Shown here piece after piece: positions 57,456 to 64,000 of a stretch of 64,000 bases of DNA. Numbering within the stretch: the stretch's first letter is position 1; each line of letters starts with the position of its first letter. Source of the stretch: Gammaproteobacteria bacterium (GTDB lineage: Bacteria; Pseudomonadota; Gammaproteobacteria; Burkholderiales; Thiobacillaceae); assembly GCA_018820765.1 (NCBI GenBank), contig JAHJNN010000010.1:14183-78182 (forward strand). Reading direction: 5' to 3'. Made by a program: the position numbers and the translations under genes. The notes below the pieces were generated by a model. The model had not been told where the DNA came from and made no database searches. It saw nothing but the letters and a program-made list of their open reading frames with translations.

Positions 57456-60400
57456 ATGCCTCCCATCTCCAACCCACTGGCTGAACTGCGCCGGCAATTC
57501 CTCGATCAGCTCCCCGTGCGGCTGAAGGCGATCCATGCCCAGTATCAGGGGCTGGCCGTGTCAGCCTGGAAGCCTGACGGGGCGGAGGCGCTGCGGCGCC
57601 TGCTGCACGGGCTCGCCAGCTCGGCAAGCACCTTCGGGTTGCAGTCGGTGTCGAATGCTGCGCACCAGGCGGAAACCCGGCTGGCGGCCTTGCTCGGGGC
57701 GGGGCGCGCGCCTGCCGAGGCGGAATGGCAGGCCATCGGTGCGGACCTGGACCGCCTCGATCGGTTGACGCAGATCCGGCTGGAGTCCGGTGCGCCGAGT
57801 GTGGCTTTGCCACGGCACGATCGCTCGCCGCTGGTCTACCTGGTCGAAAGCGACCCGGTGCAGGCCGAACACCTGAGCCAGGCCCTGCAGGACGACGGCT
57901 ACCGGGTGCGGGTATTTGCCACGACGTCCGAGTTCCGCATCGTCTGCGACACGTGCGCCGCCACCGATGCGGGTGTGGAACGCCCTGCCGCTGTGGTGAT
58001 GAACCTGGTTTCCCCCGAGGGGCCGGTCGCCGGCGCCGAGTTGCTGACGGAACTCAAGGCCACGCACATCCGTTGCCCGCCCGTGGTCTTCGTCTCGGAA
58101 CGCGACGACATGCAGGCGCGGCTGGCCGCCTTTCGCGCCGGCGCCTGCCGCTACCTGCTGAAACCGGTGGCGCCCGAGCGCCTGATCAACCTGCTGGACG
58201 CGCTCACCGGCCGCCAGCCGACGCAGCCTTACCGCGTGCTGATGGTCGACGACGATCCGCTGGCGCTCGAACCCTACGCGGCGGTGCTGCGTGCAGCCGG
58301 CATGGACGTGCAAACGCTGTCGCAGCCGCTCCGGATCCTGGAGGTACTGAATGGCTTCGAGCCCGATGTGGCGGTGCTCGACGTCTACATGCCGGAGGCC
58401 AGCGGCCCCGAGCTGGCTGCGGTGCTGCGCGAGCGCGACGCGTATCTGCAACTGCCGATCCTGTTCCTCTCGGCCGAGGCCGACATCAGCCAGCAACTGC
58501 TGGCGCTCAACCTCGGCGGCGACGATTTCCTGGTGAAGCCGGTGCAGCCCGACCATCTGGTGTCCGCGGTCGCTGCGCGGGCACGGCGGGCGCGGCAGAA
58601 TGCCGCCATCCGGCAGCGTCTGCAGACCACCCTCTACGAGCGCGAGCGCGAACACCAGGCGCTGGATCACCACGCCATCGTCAGCATGGCCGACACGGCG
58701 GGCAACATCACCTACGTCAACGACAAGTTCTGCGAGATCAGCGGCTATTCGCGCGATGAACTGCTGGGCCGCAACCACCGGATCGTCAAGTCGGGCGAGC
58801 ATCCGCCCGGGTTTTACCAGGATATGTGGCAAACCATTGCCGGCGGCAAGGTCTGGGAGGGCGAGATCTGCAACCGGCGCAAGGACGGCAGCCACTACTG
58901 GGTGGAATCCACCATCACCCCCTTCCTCGACGATGAAGGCCTTCCCTACCAGTATGTGTCGATCCGCACCGACATCACCCATGTGATGACGGCCGAAGCG
59001 GCCCTGCGCCGGCAGAGCGAAATGCAAGGCCTGATTGCGGAGACGGGCGCCGTCCTGCTGGCGGCGTCGACCGCGAACATGGATGCGGCCATCGCGCGGG
59101 TCCTGCGGCGCAGCGGCGAACACATCGGCGCCGATCGTGCCTCCCTGTTCCTGTTCTCGGAAGACGGCGCACGCATGAGCAATACTCATGAATGGTGTGC
59201 GCCCGGCATACCCAGGAGTGACACGGTCCAGAACGTGCCGCTGGAGCGAGCGCCCTGGTGGAAGCAACAGATTTCACTGCGCGGGATGGTCGTCATCCCC
59301 GACGTGGCCGCCCTGCCAGCCGAGGCCAGCGCTGAAAAGGCCCGGTTCGAGGAGCAACAGATCCGCTCGCTGCTCGCCTTTCCGCTGCAAAAGAACGAAA
59401 ACATTTACGGCTTTGTCGGTTTCGATGCGGTGCGCAGCCGGCGTGACTGGGTGGCCGAGGAAATCGATCTGCTCAAGATCGTGGCCGACGTCATCAGCAG
59501 TGCGCTGGCCCGCAGGCACGCCGATCAGGCCGTGGAACTCCACAAGGAAAGGCTGCGGCGCGGCCAGATGTTCGCCAACATCGGCACCTGGGACTGGCAC
59601 ATCCAGAGCGGCGAGCTGTTCTGGACCGAACGCATCGCGCCGCTGTTCGGCTACCCCGTGGGCGAACTGGAAACCGCCTACGACAACTTCCTGGCCGCCA
59701 TCCATCCGGACGACCGCCAGGCGGTGATCGACGCCGTCGCCGCCTGCGTCGAGCGCGACGTGCCGTACGAGATCGAGCACCGCGTGGTGTGGCCGGACGG
59801 CACCGTGCGCTGGCTACTGGAGCGCGGCGCCGTGGCGCGCGACGCCGACGGCAAGCCCTTGCAGATGCTGGGGGTGGTGCAGGACATCGACGACCGCAAG
59901 CGTGCCGAACTGGCGCTGCTCGAACGCGAGCGGCAACTGCGCGAGGCGCAGACGCTCGCCCATATCGGCAACTGGACGGCTGACCTGCGCAGCGGCGAAC
60001 TTGTCTGGTCGGACGAAATCTACCGTATTTTCGGGCATGCGCCGGGCAGCTTCGAACCCCGCGTCGAGGCCTTCCACGCCGCGGTGCACCCGGACGACCG
60101 GGACAAGGTGCGCGAAAGCGAAAACCGGGCCGAGCAGACGGGCCGCCATGACGTGGTGCACCGCATCGTGCGGCCCGACGGCACCGTGCGCCATGTGCAC
60201 GAACTGGCGCAGATGGAAACCGATGCAGCTGGGAATCGGCTGCGGCTGGCCGGCACCGTGCAGGACGTCACCGAGCGGGTGGAGGTCGAGCAGGCCCTGA
60301 TGGCCCTGAGCGAAGAAGCCGACCGCGCCAACCGGGCGAAGTCGGATTTCCTGTCGAGCATGAGCCACGAACTGCGCACGCCGATGAACGCCATCCTGGG

Positions 60401-61499
60401 CTTCGGCCAGCTCATGGAATACGACGCCGCGCTGCCGGAGGAACACCAGGACAACGTGCAGGAGATCCTCCGGGCCGGGCGCCACCTGCTGGAACTCATC
60501 AACGAGGTGCTGGACCTTGCCAAGGTCGAATCCGGCCACATCGACCTGTCGCTGGAACCGGTGGAGGTGTGCCCGATCGTCGAGGAGTGCCTGGGCCTGG
60601 TCGGCCCCCTGGCCGACCAGCGCGACATCCAGCTCAGCCACAAGGGGCTCAAGGGGGCGGCCGTGCGGGCCGACCGCACGCGCCTCAAGCAGGCCTTGCT
60701 CAACCTGCTCTCCAATGCCATCAAGTACAACCGCGACAAGGGCAGCGTGCACATCGAAATACAGCTGGAGGACACCGACCGGCTGCGCATCCGGGTCACC
60801 GACAGCGGTCCGGGGATCCCGGCCGCGCGCCTGGCGGAACTGTTCCAGCCCTTCAACCGCCTGGTGGCCGAGTACAGCGACATCGAAGGCACCGGCATCG
60901 GCCTCACCATCACCCGGCGCATCGTCGAGCTGATGGGCGGCAGCGTCGATGTCGAGAGCGAGTTGGGCGTAGGCAGCACGTTCTGGATCGAGCTCCCGCT
61001 CGAATCCGCGCCTGCGTCGGTTCGCACGCACACCGGCGCGCCCGTCGACGGCACCGTGCCGCTGCCGTACATCGAGGCGGCGCAGCACACCGTGCTCTAC
61101 ATCGAGGACAACCCGGCCAACATCAAGCTGGTGGCGCAGATTCTCGGCCGCCGTCCCCACATCCACCTGCTGACCGCCCACACCCCGGAACTGGGCATCG
61201 AACTGGCGCTGGCGCGCCGTCCCGAACTGATCCTGCTCGACATCAACCTGCCGGGCATGGACGGTTACCAGGTGCTGGAGATATTCAAGGCCGACGCGCG
61301 CCTGAAGGCCATTCCGGTCGTTGCCATTACGGCCAATGCCATGTCGCGCGACATCGAACGCGGCAAGGCAGCGGGATTTGTCGACTATCTCACCAAACCG
61401 CTGAATGTCGGGCATTTCCACCGGGCGGTGGATGCCTGCCTGGGGAACCCGACCGCACAGTCGGGCATTCCATCGGGGCGGGGTTCGGTGCCGACCTGA
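57456..61499 (+). CDS. Hybrid sensor histidine kinase: Hpt - pseudo-REC - REC - PAS - GAF - PAS - PAS - HisKA - HATPase - REC
   Basis: 1347 aa. LHGLASSASTFG (Hpt-like His). The first REC has N in place of the acceptor Asp (AAVVMNLVSP), and the second has VLDVYMP. PAS NITYVNDKFCEISGY, HisKA SHELRTPMN, G-boxes DSGPGI/GTGIGL, and a C-terminal REC LLDINLPGMDG. Confidence 0.85.
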   Translation: MPPISNPLAELRRQFLDQLPVRLKAIHAQYQGLAVSAWKPDGAEALRRLLHGLASSASTFGLQSVSNAAHQAETRLAALLGAGRAPAEAEWQAIGADLDRLDRLTQIRLESGAPSVALPRHDRSPLVYLVESDPVQAEHLSQALQDDGYRVRVFATTSEFRIVCDTCAATDAGVERPAAVVMNLVSPEGPVAGAELLTELKATHIRCPPVVFVSERDDMQARLAAFRAGACRYLLKPVAPERLINLLDALTGRQPTQPYRVLMVDDDPLALEPYAAVLRAAGMDVQTLSQPLRILEVLNGFEPDVAVLDVYMPEASGPELAAVLRERDAYLQLPILFLSAEADISQQLLALNLGGDDFLVKPVQPDHLVSAVAARARRARQNAAIRQRLQTTLYEREREHQALDHHAIVSMADTAGNITYVNDKFCEISGYSRDELLGRNHRIVKSGEHPPGFYQDMWQTIAGGKVWEGEICNRRKDGSHYWVESTITPFLDDEGLPYQYVSIRTDITHVMTAEAALRRQSEMQGLIAETGAVLLAASTANMDAAIARVLRRSGEHIGADRASLFLFSEDGARMSNTHEWCAPGIPRSDTVQNVPLERAPWWKQQISLRGMVVIPDVAALPAEASAEKARFEEQQIRSLLAFPLQKNENIYGFVGFDAVRSRRDWVAEEIDLLKIVADVISSALARRHADQAVELHKERLRRGQMFANIGTWDWHIQSGELFWTERIAPLFGYPVGELETAYDNFLAAIHPDDRQAVIDAVAACVERDVPYEIEHRVVWPDGTVRWLLERGAVARDADGKPLQMLGVVQDIDDRKRAELALLERERQLREAQTLAHIGNWTADLRSGELVWSDEIYRIFGHAPGSFEPRVEAFHAAVHPDDRDKVRESENRAEQTGRHDVVHRIVRPDGTVRHVHELAQMETDAAGNRLRLAGTVQDVTERVEVEQALMALSEEADRANRAKSDFLSSMSHELRTPMNAILGFGQLMEYDAALPEEHQDNVQEILRAGRHLLELINEVLDLAKVESGHIDLSLEPVEVCPIVEECLGLVGPLADQRDIQLSHKGLKGAAVRADRTRLKQALLNLLSNAIKYNRDKGSVHIEIQLEDTDRLRIRVTDSGPGIPAARLAELFQPFNRLVAEYSDIEGTGIGLTITRRIVELMGGSVDVESELGVGSTFWIELPLESAPASVRTHTGAPVDGTVPLPYIEAAQHTVLYIEDNPANIKLVAQILGRRPHIHLLTAHTPELGIELALARRPELILLDINLPGMDGYQVLEIFKADARLKAIPVVAITANAMSRDIERGKAAGFVDYLTKPLNVGHFHRAVDACLGNPTAQSGIPSGRGSVPT

Positions 61500-61571
61500 C
61501 CAACCAATCGATGTGGCCGCGTTTTTCGACATGATCGACCGCTGCCTGCCAGTCCGCACGGAGAACACCGC

Positions 61572-62639
61572 ATGAGCCCCTCGCCCAACAGTGAATGCAT
61601 CCTCATCGTCGACGACGAACCGGCCAACCTCAGGCTGCTGGACAAAATGCTGCATGGCCAGGGCTACCAGAACCTGGTGATGGTGGAGGATCCGCGCGAG
61701 GTCCTTGACCGCTACCGGGAGATGCGGCCCGCCCTGATCCTGCTCGATATCAACATGCCGCATCTGGACGGCTACCAGGTGATGGAACAGCTGAAGGCGT
61801 TGAACGATCCGCTGCTGCCGCCCATCGTCATCCTCACCGCCCAGCACGGCAAGGACTACCTGCTGCGGGCGCTGGCCGCCGGGGCACGCGATTTCATCGG
61901 CAAGCCCTTCGACCGCAACGAACTGCTGATGCGGGTGCGCAACCTGCTGGATGCGCACCTGGCCCATCGCATGGTGCACAACCAGAAAACGGTGCTGGAG
62001 GACATGGTGCGGGCGCGCACCGAGGAGCTGCGGCGCACCCGCCTGCAGGTGGTGCAGCGGCTCGGCATGGCGGCGGAATACCGCGACGAGGAAACCGGCA
62101 ACCACATTCTGCGCATGAGCCACACCTGCGCGCTGCTCGCTCGCGCCATCGGCTGGAGCGAGGCGGGCTGCGACCTGATCCTCAATGCCAGCCCGATGCA
62201 CGACATCGGCAAGATCGGCATCCCCGACGCCATCATGCTCAAGCCGGGCAAGTTCGAGCCGCACGAATGGGAGATCATGAAGACCCATGCCGCCATCGGC
62301 GGGAAACTGCTCGAAGGCGACGATTCCGCCCTCATGCGCATGGCGCGCGAGATTGCGTTCACCCACCACGAAAAATGGGACGGCAGCGGCTATCCCAACG
62401 GGCTGGCGGGCGAGGCGATTCCGCAGGCCGGCCGTATTGCGGCGCTGGCCGACGTGTTCGACGCGCTGACTTCAGTGCGGCCCTACAAGCAGGCCTGGAC
62501 GGTCGAGGCGGCGGTGGAATGCATCACGGAAAACAGCGGCAAGCACTTCGACCCGGGCCTGGTCGAGGTTTTCCTGCGCGAACTGCCCGGCATCGAGGAA
62601 ATCCGCGAGCGCTTTGCCGAACCGGGCGAATCCGCGTAA
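61572..62639 (+). CDS. Response regulator with HD-GYP phosphodiesterase domain (RpfG family)
   Basis: REC ILLDINMPHLDG; HD-GYP: SPMHDIGKIGIPD...HHEKWDGSGYPNGL. Confidence 0.88.
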   Translation: MSPSPNSECILIVDDEPANLRLLDKMLHGQGYQNLVMVEDPREVLDRYREMRPALILLDINMPHLDGYQVMEQLKALNDPLLPPIVILTAQHGKDYLLRALAAGARDFIGKPFDRNELLMRVRNLLDAHLAHRMVHNQKTVLEDMVRARTEELRRTRLQVVQRLGMAAEYRDEETGNHILRMSHTCALLARAIGWSEAGCDLILNASPMHDIGKIGIPDAIMLKPGKFEPHEWEIMKTHAAIGGKLLEGDDSALMRMAREIAFTHHEKWDGSGYPNGLAGEAIPQAGRIAALADVFDALTSVRPYKQAWTVEAAVECITENSGKHFDPGLVEVFLRELPGIEEIRERFAEPGESA

Positions 62640-62688
62640 GCGCGTTTGGGCCGGCCCCGGCGGCGGCGCTGTGGCAGAAAAAGAAAAA

Positions 62689-62712
62689 CCCCAACCGTTT
62701 CCGGCTGGGGTT
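62689..62712. terminator. Bidirectional terminator (HD-GYP gene on +, ssrA on -)
   Basis: ccccaaccg-tttc-cggctgggg flanked by aaagaaaaa and ttt. Confidence 0.7.
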
Positions 62713-62719
62713 TGGGTGT

Positions 62720-63085
62720 TGGTGGAGCCGGGGGGAATCGAACCCCCGTCCGCAAGCCCTCTACAGATAGTTCTACATACTTAGTCCGGTGTTTTGGTTT
62801 TAAGCTCGATCACGCCCGCCGAACAGGCTGGATTTTGCCGAGTCGCCTTGGATTTAGCACTCACCCAAGCGACCCGGATGAACGCGATTTCATGAAAATT
62901 AACTCACTGCCGGTTTGACCCGGCCTAGCCCATGAACAGGCTAGTGTGAGTCCTGGACCTTAAGCGGCCAGGGCGTAGTTTTCGTCGTTTGCGACTAAAG
63001 TTTTTCAGTTGGATTTACGAGGTGCTCTGACCCTCGGTATGCCCTACGCTGCTTTGCGACCCACGTCGAAGCCAGGTCGGCCCCC
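62720..63085 (-). ncRNA. ssrA: tmRNA (transfer-messenger RNA), tag peptide ANDENYALAA
   Basis: 5' GGGGGCCGACCTGGCTTCGACGTGGG...; tag ORF GCAAACGACGAAAACTACGCCCTGGCCGCTTAA; 3' ...GGACGGGGGTTCGATTCCCCCCGGCTCCACCA. Confidence 0.95.
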
Positions 63086-63164
63086 ATGTGTTGCTGCAAC
63101 AAGTGTACCGCATAGAGAGGGGGCCCGCGGGAAAGTTCCGCCGCGGGATATTTTCCGTGTCCGG

Positions 63165-63548
63165 CTAGCCCAGGAAGGGGAAGGGATCGTGGGCGCGCGC
63201 CACCGCCAGCATGTAGCCGAACACCAGCAGAGCGGCGATCCAGGCGGCGATGCGCCGAGACTTGGTCTTGCCGCGCTTGAGGGCGAGGGTGCCGAGCACG
63301 ATGTAGGCGATCAGGGCGAACACCTTGGCGGTGAGCCAGCCGTGCACCAGCGGGTATTGCTGGATCAGCACGGCCAGGGCGATGCCGCTGGCCAGCAGCA
63401 GGGTGTCGTTGGCGTGCGGCACGATGCGCACCCAGCGCGCCTGCAGGCGCGGCGAATCCGTCATCATCCAGACGCCGCGCACGAGGAACAGCGTGAGCGT
63501 GACGGCGATGGTGGCGAGGTGCAGGTTCTTGAGGATCAGGTAGCTCAT
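63165..63548 (-). CDS. SirB2-family membrane protein
   Basis: 127 aa with 4 TM segments: MSYLILKNLHLATIAVTLTLFLVRG. Confidence 0.6.
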   Translation of the reverse strand: MSYLILKNLHLATIAVTLTLFLVRGVWMMTDSPRLQARWVRIVPHANDTLLLASGIALAVLIQQYPLVHGWLTAKVFALIAYIVLGTLALKRGKTKSRRIAAWIAALLVFGYMLAVARAHDPFPFLG

Positions 63549-63551
63549 CGG

Positions 63552-64000
63552 TCAGGCCAGAAAGTCGAGGGTCTCGATCGGATGGCGGATTTGCGCGTGG
63601 GCGCCCCAGGTGTGCGGTTCGTCGGCAGCGTCGAGGTAGCCCCAGGCGGCCACCAGCGCCGGCATGGCGGCGGCGCGGGCCGCCTCGATGTCGCGCTCGG
63701 CGTCGCCCAGGTAGAGGCACTGCGCCGGGGCGACGCCGCACAATTCGGCGGCGATGAGCATCGGCGCCGGGTGCGGCTTGGAGTGGGGGCAGGTGTCGCC
63801 GGAGACGATGCAGGCGGCGCGCTCGGCGAGGTCGAGGATGGACATCAGGGGCTCGGTGAACGCCGCCGGCTTGTTGGTCACGACGCCCCATTTCAGGCCG
63901 CGGGCTTCGAGCTCGGCCAGCAGCTCGGGAATGCCGGGGAAGGGCCGCGAGTGGCGGCAGATATTGTCGGCGTAGAGCTGCAGGAATTCCTCGCGCATGG
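63552..64000 (-). CDS. gph: Phosphoglycolate phosphatase (HAD), C-terminal part; N-terminus outside window
   Basis: GVVTNKP, SKPHPAPML, YLGDAERDIEAARAAAM are HAD motifs II-IV. The frame is open to the window edge. Confidence 0.75.
   Translation of the reverse strand, partial: MREEFLQLYADNICRHSRPFPGIPELLAELEARGLKWGVVTNKPAAFTEPLMSILDLAERAACIVSGDTCPHSKPHPAPMLIAAELCGVAPAQCLYLGDAERDIEAARAAAMPALVAAWGYLDAADEPHTWGAHAQIRHPIETLDFLA

Overview
High-G+C chromosomal segment that looks betaproteobacterial. The sat-aprBA genes, CbbQ/CbbO-type proteins, EarP/EF-P(R32) and the tmRNA tag ANDENYALAA fit a Thiobacillus-like sulfur oxidiser, but this taxonomic placement is inference only. Most of the window is densely packed housekeeping DNA: icd (3' end), cspA-like, earP-efp, dnaE, acyP, metG, hupB, tRNA-Pro, ispB, rplU-rpmA-obg, xseB-ispA-dxs-folE2, selA-selB-selC, acnA, lysS, recQ, prfB (with its +1 frameshift), ssrA and gph. 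No CRISPR array, transposase or integrase was seen. Stretches worth a second look: (1) a tight four-gene operon (YkgJ-type Cys-cluster protein, DUF4124 exported protein, CbbQ/NorQ AAA+ ATPase, CbbO/NorD vWA protein) with no Rubisco or NO-reductase gene nearby, lying just downstream of the sat-aprBA sulfur-oxidation genes. (2) A ~100-nt promoter-to-terminator unit that may encode a CU-rich sRNA. (3) A REP-like palindrome embedded in frame in the metG linker, with a second copy in an intergenic region. (4) A two-gene cytochrome c/membrane module next to selC that looks more AT-rich by eye. (5) The normally contiguous prfB-lysS pair split by ~3.9 kb carrying recQ, three toxin-antitoxin loci in different states of decay and a helicase-gene remnant, with lysS now 7 nt behind a vapC toxin gene. 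(6) A FIST/GGDEF-EAL signalling cluster and a very large Hpt-first hybrid kinase with an HD-GYP regulator. All family calls rest on motif recognition in the supplied translations; no database search was possible.
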